64,000 nucleotides of DNA from Rebecca billardiae RCC1528 (taxonomy: Eukaryota; Protista; Haptophyta), in contig OZ251224.1 of the NCBI GenBank assembly GCA_965240325.2, positions 868,001 through 932,000 of the forward strand, read 5' to 3'. The position numbers were made by a program, and so were the translations under genes. Positions within the stretch are counted from its first letter, which is position 1, and each line of letters starts with the position of its first letter. Under the pieces are notes generated by a model that worked only from the letters and a program-made list of their open reading frames with translations, was not told the DNA's origin and did not search any database. Shown here piece after piece: positions 1 to 10,382 of the stretch.

Positions 1-697
1 GTCTAGCCGTCCTCGGAGCGCCTGCGCCATCCAGATGCAGTGAGGAGGCGAGGCACACGCCGGGCAGGGCGGAGCCACGCGGCGAGAGACCAGACTCTAT
101 ACATTGTATGGGATTTTTGTTCCTCGAAACAAAGTGCGAGCGGCAGCCAGCGCTCGGGCCGAGCGCGCGGCAGGACTGGCCGCTCAACGCCGACAGACGC
201 GCGGTGTGAGATGGAGCAGCTTGGACGACGCAGCTCGAGAGCCGCCAAGCCGCACGACAGCGAGGCACGAAGGACATCGCGCGCAGGGCGCCTCGAAGCT
301 GCGGGCCGCCGGAAACAGCTGCAGCCATCAGGACAGTGGGCGCTTCCGACGGGTGCTCGCTGCGAGTGAGCGGGAGGCATGCAGGCGACGGTAACGGTTG
401 GCTCGGCGCCTGATGAAAACCCATTCACGAATTGGCCGTCCTGACCGCCATGCCAACCATGCCTAGTTAGCCTATGGCCCAGGAGCAGCGCAGTGAGTAG
501 GTCGTTCTAGGCCGCCGTGCGTGCACACAGAGCACGGGCTCGAAAGTCCCTTGTGGCACGAGAAGAGGGTAGTGGCCAAGATGGCAGCCGGACTTGAGCT
601 CGGCCGCCTGGCTCAGGGTGAATGGCAGGCAGGTGTTGATACGGCGCATTGCGCTCCCACCGTCCTCTTAGACAATCAGTTATTGTGCCAATAACCC

Positions 698-701
<4 letters not shown>
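1..701. mobile_element. ~700-bp non-coding insertion in a (TA)n tract (copy 1; first base lies outside the window)
   Basis: Identical to 15192-15892 and ends ...aataaccccaCA followed by (TA)n. Confidence 0.65.
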
Positions 702-733
<32 letters not shown>

Positions 734-762
734 CATATACATATATATATGTATATGTATAT
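701..762. repeat. (TA)n-rich microsatellite
   Basis: Direct reading. The copy at 15892-15941 is 12 bp shorter. Confidence 0.9.
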
Positions 763-1076
763 GATGCGCATGATGCGCATTGATTAATGCATAGCTAATA
801 GATGCTGTACATGCATGACTGCTGACGATCATCGTCGTCTCGACGACGTCGATCGATCTGCTTCGAAAAATAAATAATCGAAAATGCTCGCGGCAAGGGC
901 GTTCCCGGGATCCTGCCACACGCTCCCGGGAAAGCAATGCCCCCCCCTGGGGGGGGCATTGCTACCGGACTGGCGCGGGCCGTAATCTTAAAATGTACCT
1001 GCTTGAAATAGAGGAAGCCTATTTCAATGGGAACGCGGTTCGATTTGGCGCATGACCAATGCGGGGAACGCCCCTG

Positions 1077-2612
1077 ATGGCGGGCCGTAGGTCCGCCCCT
1101 CGGTAGTGCCCGGGGAAAAGATCAGAAAAAGAAAAGAATAAATAAAATCGCCTCGCAAAGAAAAGAAAATCGTCTTGCTCACTACCGGGCGCCCTGTAGC
1201 TCCCACTGGGGACGCTCGGCCGAAAAAGGGGTCGGCCATGGCGCGGAGCGCATGGGCGGCGCGCGCCAAATCCAACATCGTGAGAGGACTCCCGAGGGGG
1301 TTTTCGCCCGATTCGCGATTGCTGCCCTCGTCGTCTCGCGTGCAGGTCGAACGAGGGCCAAAGTCGACGCGTTTGGAGGTACGCTCGGCGCGTCGACACG
1401 ATCGTGCGACCTGGGGCGGTCCTCGCCCGACTTGCACGTCGAGCGCTCGCACCAGCCATATCATCAAGCGCTGCGCACGATGGCCGCCTCGCGCGATGCA
1501 CCGCCGCGCGTCGGGCTCGGTGCGGAAAGGCCCTCATCAGGGCGGGAAGCGCCATCGCGCGCGAGGCAAGATTTGGCGCGGCCTTCTGAACACGATCGCC
1601 GGAAATCCGCGCGCACCGGACTCAGTCCTCGCTCGCGGTCCGGTCCCTCAGCCGACAAGCCCACGTCCGGCCTGCATGGCGTCGACGGTGACCAATGCGA
1701 CGGAAGCGCAACGCCAACGGCGTACGACGCGCAGCGGACGCACCTCCCGGGTCTGTCGCCGTGGCAGCAACCGTGTCTTCGCGAGTTGGCGACCCTCGTC
1801 GCAGCGCGACACAGACAAGCCCGTGATGATGCCATCCGCAGAGAGATGAAACGTCGAGCATGCAAAATCGCCGCGCCATCCTCGTCCATGGCGCAGGCGC
1901 TGCGGGACGAGGCGGAAGTCGTCACGCCGGTGACGGATGCGCTGCGATTCGTGTGCCCGCGTGAGCAGCGCTTGCCCACTCTCGATCGCGAGTGGCACAC
2001 GCTGTCGCTGTGCGCGCGCGCGCGCACAACCAACAGCTCCTCGTGCCGCCGAGCACGCGAGCGCCAGACCTGTCGAAGAGGCGAAGAGCGACGACCGCGT
2101 GAACGTCAACGCGCTCGTGCTCAGCGTGGCGGCCGTGTACGACGTCAACGCGACCTGCGCCGAGCCCATCATGCCTGGAGCGGACATCGGCAAGCATCCT
2201 CGCGACGACCGCTCTCGGCTGGCGGCAGGAGGACATGCACATGATCTACTCTGGCGGCTTCGTCGGCGGCGAGGCGCTCGATTACGCCATCGCGGTCGAC
2301 ATGCGGCACATACAGCGCCTACCCGCGCTCGCGCGGAGCAACGGGCTACCCGCTCCGCCCCGCGTGCTGCACATTCCCTCGTGGGTGTGGGCCTCGCTGA
2401 TGGAGTGATGCGCATACTACTAAGAGTACACGGACCGTGAGACGTGTGCACACGTCGGAGAGCCAACTTCACGTGTCACTGGTCCTTGCACTCGACTGTC
2501 CGTCACCCACGGCCACGAGCGAATGTGGAAAGCAGACGCGAACCCGCAAAGGATACATTGCGACAGCACTGGCACGGCCCGCCGACCCCCCCGCCCGTCA
2601 GGGCACAGTTTT
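1077..2612. repeat. Dispersed repeat block; further copies at 16256-17791 and 23617-25178 (diverged), partial copies at 2743-2901+9523-9918 and 17922-18470
   Basis: Shared start atggcgggccgtaggtccgcccct, shared end cagggcacagtttt, and homologous ORFs at 1252/16431/23876. Confidence 0.8.
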
Positions 2613-3869
2613 AATAATAATATGCTGATGATCAGGGGCGCTTCCAGTTCCGCGGTTCCGCCCGGCTTCGCCAGGACTCGGTGAAGCCTACTACGACTGT
2701 GTCACTGTGAGGACACTCGCGTGCGAATCGCGATGCGACGAAATGGCGGGCCGTAGGTCCGCCCCTTGTTGGCGGGCCGTAGGTCCGCCCCTTGTAGTGC
2801 CCGGGGAAAAAAGATCATCAGAAAAAAGGTAAAATAATGGCGGGCCGTTAAAGAAAATCGCCTCGCAAAGAAATAACGAAAATCGCTTCCTCACTACCGG
2901 GCAGCCAGGTTTGGCGTTTGCCACTGGCGACTGCACACGGCAACAGGGGCGTTTGCGCCCTGTTGTGGTGTGCACACTGGGGCGCAAAAGGGGTCACCCT
3001 CAGGGGGTTTCGCACTGCTGTTGCCGTGTGCACCGGCCCGCTGTGGCCGTGCACACGGCAACAGGGCGCAAACGGCCCTGTTGCCGTGTGCAGGCGTGCA
3101 TGGCTTGCGATGGCAGCCAGCCGTCAGCAGGGCGCCACGCCCACTGTTCGTTGGTAGGCTGGCCCGATGGCGTCGCGGAGCTCACGCGTACGGGGGAGGA
3201 GGGCATCGACGAGGAGATGACCAAGGGCGAGAAGCAGCAGGGGGCACGCAGCACGGGGCTCGGAGCATGCCGCGAGCACGCGTGCCTCCACACCGTCGCA
3301 CATCAACCTTGCTCGTAGCTGTGCGCTGTGCTGCCACTCATCTTACCATCGCCCATGCTACGGGCGCGGCCGGGTGGTGGGCATATACCTGTCGGCGCAG
3401 CACTGGCACCGGTGGTCGCCAGACACTCCTCGACTTGCTCTGCGCGTCACAGCAAGGAGACGGCAGCGGCTCAGCTGCGTGAGCACATGAGGTCCTACTA
3501 CTCTAGTAGTACTCGGCGAGGCAGTACAGGCATGGACTGCACTCCAGGTACATGCGAGCTACTGGCATACTCCCCTACTCAGACCGCAGGACCATCAATG
3601 CGGTGCTGCTTCGGATACACGAGCGCAGCGCTGCTGGTAACAGCGGCGCTGTTGATGCTGCAGCAGCAGTACGTACAGTATCATGACGGGCGGCAGCAGT
3701 TGCTCCAACTAACAGCTCGGTGGTGCTCGCTTGAACGGCCTGGGCAATGGCGCGCCAAACGCAGCGACCTGGCCCATCGCGCCCGCCGCGATGGGGTCGC
3801 GGGCACCTGATGATGCTGCACCCGCGCCCATCCGGGCCGCCAACACCAGCGGCAGCCACGCTCGAGTCT

Positions 3870-6350
3870 GCGCTGCATGCGGCAGCAGCTGCTGGAATGG
3901 TCCCGCGGCGGATGACGGCTTTCGCCGCAGATGACAGCTCGGTGTCGCTCGCTCGAGGGGCCTCGTCGATGGACGCGCCGAGCGCGGTGACATTGCTCCA
4001 CACGACCACGGCACTGCCCAGCGCGCTGGAGCCGCTGCCATCTGGTGCTGCTGTGCCCGCGCCCAGCTGGGGCCCAGCTGCAGCTGCACTTGACTCCGCG
4101 CCGCATTGGCTGCAGCAGCAGGGATGGTGCCATGGCGGGCGGCGTGGGTCGGCGCAGCTGTCAGCTCGGCGGTGCGCGCCCGAGGGGCCCGGGCATTGGA
4201 TGCACCGAGCGCGGTGTCACTGCTCGCCTCCCGCAGCGCGCTGGAGCCGCTGCCATCCGACGCTGCTGCGCCCGCGCCCAGCTTGGGCAGCAGCGGCTGC
4301 GCTCGACTCCGCGCCGCGTGCGGCGGCAGCAGCAGGGATGGTGCTACGGTGGGCGACGACGGTCGCTAGAGCTGAAAGCTCGGCGGTGTGCGCCCGAGGG
4401 GCCTGGGTGGTGGGCGCACCGAACGCGGTGCCGCTGCTCGCCTCGCCCATGGCGCTCGAGCCGCTGCGATCCGACGCTGCTGCGCCCGCGCCAAGCTTGG
4501 GCAGCAGCGGCTGCGCTAGACTCCGCGCCGCGTGCGGCAGCAGCAGCAGGGATGGTGCCACGGTGGGCGGCGGCGGTCGCTGGAGCTGAAAGCTCGGCTG
4601 TGTGCGCCCGAGGGGCCTGGGCGCTGGGCGCACCGAACGCGGTGCCGCTGCTCGCCTCGCCCATGGCGCTCGAGCCTCTGCCATCCGACGCTGCTGCGCC
4701 CGCGCCAAGCTTGGGCAGCAGCGGCTGCGCTCGACTCCGCGCCGAGTGCGGGGGCAGCAGCAGGGATGGTGCCACGGCGGGCGGCGTGGGTCGCTGGAGC
4801 TGAAAGCTCGGCGGTGTGCGCCCGAGGGGCGTGGGCGCTGGACGCACCGAGCGCGGTGCCACTGCTCGCCTCGCCCATGGCGCTCGAGCCGCTGCCATCC
4901 GGTGCTGGTGCGCCCACGCCCAGCTGGGGCAGCAGCAGCAGCGGCGCTCGACTCCGCGCCGCGTGCGGCAGCAGCAGCAGGGATGGTGCCACTGTGGGCG
5001 GCGGCGGTTGCTGCAGCCGGCAGCTCGGCGGCGCACGCCCGAGGGGCCTGGGCTGCAGACGCGCTGAGCGCGCCATCGCCGCTCGCCTCCCGCAGCGCGC
5101 TGGAGCCCTGCCATCCGACGCTGCTGCGCTTGCGCCCAGCTTGGGCAGCAGCAGCTGCGCTCGACTCCGCGCAGAGTGCGGCGGCAGCAGCAGGGATGGT
5201 GCCACGGCGGGCGGCGGCGGTCGACGGAGCTGAAAGCTCGGCGGTGTGCGCCCGAGGGGCCTGGTCGTTGGACGCACCGAGCGCGGTGTCCCCGCTGGCC
5301 TCCCGCAGCGCGCTCGAGCCGCTGCCATCCGATGCTGCTGCACCCGCGCCCAGCTTGGGCAGCAGCAGCCGCGCCTGACTCCGCGCCGCGTGCGGCGGCA
5401 GCAGCAGGGATGGTGCCACGGCGGGCGGCGGCGGTCGACGCAGCTGGAAGCTCGGCGGCGCACGCCCGAGGGGCTTGTGCTGCGGACGCGCTGAGCGCGC
5501 CATCGCCGCTCGCCTCCAGCAGCGCGCTGGAGCCGCTGCCATCCGATGCTGCTGCACCCGCGCCCAGCTTGGGCAGCAGCAGCCGCGCCTGACTCCGCGC
5601 CGCGTGCGACGGCAGCAGCAGGGATGGTGCCACGGCGGGCGGCGGCGGTCGACGCAGCTGGAAGCTCGGCAGCGCACGCCCGAGGGGCCTGGGCGCTGGG
5701 CGCACCGAGCGCGGTGCCGCTGCTCGCCTCGCCCATGGCGCTGGAGCCGCTGCCATCCGACGCTGCTGCGCCCGCGCCCAGCTTGGGCAGCAGCGGCTGC
5801 GCTCGACTCCGCACCGCGTGCGGCAGCAGCAGCAGGGATGGTGGCACGGCGGGCGGCTGCGGTTGCTGCAGCCGGCAGCTCGGCGGTGCACGCCCGAGGG
5901 GCGTGGGCGCTGGACGCACCGAGCGCGGTGCCGCTGCTCGCCTCGCCCATAGCGCTGGAGCCGCTGCCATCCGGTGCTGCTGCGCCCGCGCCCGGCCAGG
6001 GCAGCAGCAGCAGCGCTCGACTCCGCGCCGCGTGCGGCAGCAGCAGCAGGGATGGTGCCACGGCGGGCGGCCGCAGCAGCTGAAAGCTTGGCAGTGCCCA
6101 CCCGAGAGGCGTGGGCGCTGGACGCACCGAGCGCGGTGTAGCCGCTCGCCTCGTTCCGTAGCGCGCTCGAGCCTCTGCCATCCGATGCCCGCTGCGCCCG
6201 CGCCCCGGCGCCGCTGCACGGCTGCAGCTGGCAGGCCTGGCAGCAGCTGCGCTCCGGAGGCTTCGCGCCGCATGCGGTGGTAGCAGCAGGGAGGTGCCAC
6301 GGCCAGGCCGGCGGCGGTGGTCGGGCGGTGCTGAGTGCTGCTTGGCACGC
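3870..6350 (+). repeat. Tandem array of ~214-bp GC-rich units (about 11 copies)
   Basis: Recurring gcagcagcagggatggtgccacgg...cccgaggggcctggg... The period is not a multiple of 3, so the array is non-coding. Confidence 0.9.
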
Positions 6351-7124
6351 GCGCCGACCGGTCGCGTCGTTAAAACTACGTATACTACGTACTCAACTAC
6401 AGTACTACGGTCCCGGCGTAAGTATACGGACTGATGCTGACCAGCTGACCGTGACCGTGTCGCGCCGGAGTGTAGCACGGTGATGACGCCAGCAGTCGAG
6501 CTGCTACTGCTGCTGCTCACTACTGATGCTCTTGCATTGATATGAGTTAGCTACTACTAACTTATTACACTGTGAGCCGCCAGGCCCAGCACGACTTGTC
6601 GTCGACACGGTCCGGACGCAGACGACGAGACCATCACATCACTGATAAGTGACTAGCTACGCGCGCGAGTCAGGCTGTGACGGCGGACAGACGACAACAC
6701 CGCCGCCAGGGTACCGATCCGGATAGACCGCTAGGTGGAGTAAGAGTCACTTATATACGCACATGACGGCAGAGTGTCGGACAGCCGCCGCCCCGGGGCT
6801 GGCTATAATGCATCGACCGGTATATAGTCGGAGTATATATATACTGCGCGCGCTCTGAACGGCTAGTCGGATAAAGAGCAGTTCTATACTACGTAGTACT
6901 CGTCTATAGGCGGCGGATGCTGATGTAGTGATGACGATGCATGATATGCTGCTGATAACTTCTGCATCGCCTACCTGCCGGGCTACGACTGGTCTGCGCC
7001 GCCGGCCTTATGAATATGAGCTGACCGGCATTGCCCGCCGCCCCGGAACCTGCTGGCGGCTCGGCTCGCAGCAGGACAGAAGAAGTGTCGTAGCAACAGC
7101 TCCGGGGGCTGGCCAGCGCGCCTG

Positions 7125-8745
7125 ACGCGTGCATCAGCGTCACTGCATTGCGCGCGTCTGCCGCCCAGGCCCCTCGCGCGTGCAGCACCGAGCTGCTAGC
7201 TGCATGCACCGCCGCCCGCCCGCCGTGGCGCCATCCCTGATGCTGCAGCCGCACTCGGCGCGACAGGGCGCGGGCGCGGCAGCATCGGATGGCAGCGGCT
7301 CGAGCGCGCCGGGCGAGGCGAGAGGCGTCAGCGCGCTCAATGCACCCACCGCCCAGGCCCCTCAGGCGCACACCGCCGAGCTTTCAGCTCTAGCGACCGT
7401 CGTCGCCCACCGTAGCACCATCCCTGCTGCTGCCGCCCCACGCGGCGCGGAGTCGAGCGCAGCCGCTGCTGCCCAAGCTTGGCGCGGGCGCAGCAGCGTC
7501 GGATGGCAGCGGCTCCAGCGCCATGGGCGAGGCGAGCAGCGGCACCGCGTTCGGTGCGTCCAGCGCCTACGCCCCTCGGACGTGCACCACCGAGCTGACA
7601 GCTCCGTCGACCGCCGCCGCCCGCCGTGGCACCATCCCTGCTGCTGCCGCCGCACTCTGCGCGGAGTCGAGCGCAGCCGCTGCTGCCCAAGCTTGGCGCG
7701 GGCGCAGCAGCGTCGGATGGCAGCGGCTCCAGCGCCATGGGCGAGGCGAGCAGCGGCACCGCGTTCGGTGCGCCCAGCGCCCAGGCCCCTCAGGCGCGCA
7801 CCGCCGAGCTTTCAGCTCTAGCGACCGTCGTCGCCCACCGTAGCACCATCCCTGCTGCTGCCGCCGCACTCTGCGCGGAGTCGAGCGCAGCCGCTGCTGC
7901 CCAAGCTTGGCGCGTGCGCAGCAGCGTCGGATGGCAGCGGCTCGAGCGCCATGGGCGAGGCGAGCAGCGGCACCGCGTTCGGTGCGCCCACCACCCAGGC
8001 CCCTCGGGCGCGCACCGCCGAGCTTTCAGCTCTAGCGACCGTCGTCGCCCACTGTAGCACCATCCCTGCTGCTGCCGCCGCACTCTGCGCGGAGTCGAGC
8101 GCAGCCGCTGCTGCCCAAGCTTGGCGCGTGCGCAGCAGCGTCGGATGGCAGCGGCTCGAGCGCCATGGGCGAGGCGAGCAGCGGCACCGCGTTCGGTGCG
8201 TCCAGCGCCTACGCCCCTCGGGCGCGCACCGCCGAGCTTTCAGCTCTAGCGACCGTCGTCGCCCACCGTAGCACCATCCCTGCTGCTGCCGCCGCACGCG
8301 GCGCGGAGTCGAGCGCAGCCGCTGCTGCCCAAGCTGGGCGCGGGCGCAGCAGCGTCGGATGGCAGCGGCTCCAGCGCCATGGGCGAGGCGAGCAGCGGCA
8401 CCGCGTTCGGTGCGCCCAGCGCCCAGGCCCCTCGGGCGTGCACCGCCGAGCCGACAGCTCCGTCGACCGCCGCCGGCCGCCGTGGCACCATCCCTGCTGC
8501 TGCCACGGCACGCGGCGTGGAGTTGAGCGCAGCTGCTGCTGCCCAAGCTGGGCGCGGGCACAGTAGTGCTCGAGGCAGCGGCTCCAGCGCGCTTGGCAGT
8601 GCCGTGGGCGCATCGAGCAGCGTCACCACGCTCGGCGCGTCCGTCGTCCAGGCCCTTCGAACCAGTGACACCAAGCTGTCAGCCGCGGCGACCGCCGTCA
8701 TCCGTGCAGGACCATCCCAGCGGCCCAGCTGCTGCTGCCGCGTGC
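7125..8745 (-). repeat. Inverted tandem array of the same ~214-bp unit (about 7 copies)
   Basis: Equivalent ATGs at 7523, 7737, 7951, 8165 and 8379 give a 214-bp period; sequence is the reverse complement of the left array. Confidence 0.9.
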
Positions 8746-10382
8746 AGCATAGAGTAGAGCGCCCCTCATTCTGCCGGCAGAGTGGGGCGCAGGTGTTTGA
8801 AGCAGCACCCGGCGGTTGGTCCTGCGCTCCTGGGCACGGCTATGTACCTGTTGGTCTCATGAATGCGGGGGAATGCCAGCGCTCGCCACGCGTGCTCAGC
8901 CTCTCAGCCTCGCAAAGCAGAGGAGCACTTCATCTGCGAGCTCACACAGCTGTGCCGCTGCCGTCTCCTTGCTGTGACGCGCAGAGCAAGTCGAGGAGTG
9001 TCTGGCGACCACCGGTGCCAGTGCTGCGCCGACAGGTAGATGCCCACCACCCGGCCGCGCCCGTAGCATGGGCGATGGTGAGATGAGTGGCAGCACAGCG
9101 CACAGCTACGAGCAAGGTTGATGTGCGACGGTGTGGAGGCACGCGTGCTCGCGGCATGCTCCGAGCCCCGTGCTGCGTGCCCCCTGCTGCTTCTCGCCCT
9201 TGGTCGTCTCCTCGTCGATGCCCTCCTCCCCCGTACGCGTGAGCTCCGCGACGCCATCGGGCCAGCCTACCAACGAACAGTGGGCGTGGCGCCCTGCTGA
9301 CGGCTGGCTGCCATCGCAAGCCATGCACGCCTGCACACGGCAACAGGGCCGTTTGCGCCCTGTTGCCGTGTGCACGGCCACAGCGGGCCGGTGCACACGG
9401 CAACAGCAGTGCGAAACCCCCTGAGGGTGACCCCTTTTGCGCCCCAGTGTGCACACGACAACAGGGCGCAAACGCCCCTGTTGCCGTGTGCAGTCGCCAG
9501 TGGCAAACGCCAGACCTTACTGACCGGGCCGCCCTCGGCGCCTCGCAGCTCCCACTGGGGACGCTCGGCCGAAAAAGGGTTCCTGGATGGCGCGGAGCGC
9601 GTGCGCCAAATCCAACGCCGGCGCGGACATCGTGAGAGGACTCCCGAGGGGTTTTTTCGCCTGATTCGCGATTTCTGCCCTCGTCGTCTCGCGTGCAGGT
9701 CGAACGGGGGCCAAAGTCGACGCGTTTGGAGGTACGCTCGGCGCGTCGACACGATCGTGCGACCTGGGGCGGTCCTCGCCCGACTTGCACGTCGAGCGCT
9801 CGCACGGGCCATAGCATCAAGCGCTGCGCTCGACAACCACCTCGCGCGATCCACCGCCGCGCGTCGAGCTCGGTGCGGAAAGGCCCTCATCACGAGGTGT
9901 CTCGCGGGCGGGAAGCGCCTCGTGCGCTCGGCGTCCGACCTCGCGCAACGCATGTCGGGCGGCGCAAACGACGACGAGGCCTCAGGCGATGGCGGTGACA
10001 TCATGGTGCGCTTCCCCGCGCTCGTCTGACCACATCGTGGCGACGCGCAGGCGACCTACGGCGTGCGGCTGCGCACGCACCGTCACACAATCCTGATCAT
10101 CGTCACGTCGTCGAGCGCCGCCATCTGCGCATCTCCACGGCCGACCATTCGCTGGAAGCCTGGCAGGCTGGCACCAAGATCTATTCTTAGATCTGGTCCA
10201 TCCTCCGGATGAAGATCGACCGACCAGGCGACCACTCCGACTCTGAACTCCGGCCTGGCAAGAAAAGTTCCACCTTCAATCTCGCGGACTTGTCGGATCA
10301 AACGGACGTTCCCGACGCAAGCTGACGCAACGCAATCGCGCCAGCCGCCAACGGAACGACGATCGGCACGCCAACTCGCAGC

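Larger units (their letters stand above)
2902..9522. mobile_element. 6.6 kb non-autonomous foldback-type DNA transposon (TIR ~580 bp, TSD ACCGGG)
   Basis: Left end CAGCCAGGTTTGGCGTTTGCC; reverse complement of right end CAGTAAGGTCTGGCGTTTGCC. ACCGGG at 2896-2901 and 9523-9528. Empty site cactACCGGGccgccc at 18071-18086. Confidence 0.92.

Noticed and set aside
4217-8701. Long ORFs (up to 767 aa) across the 214-bp arrays
   Set aside because: The period is not a multiple of 3 and all frames are open because of extreme GC content; the translations are low-complexity.
3870-8745. CRISPR-like array
   Set aside because: Units are contiguous with no unique spacers, there are no cas genes, and the context is eukaryotic.
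2902-9522. Polinton/Maverick assignment (6-bp TSD, long TIR)
   Set aside because: No polymerase, integrase or capsid ORFs, and the ends are CAG..CTG rather than AG..CT.
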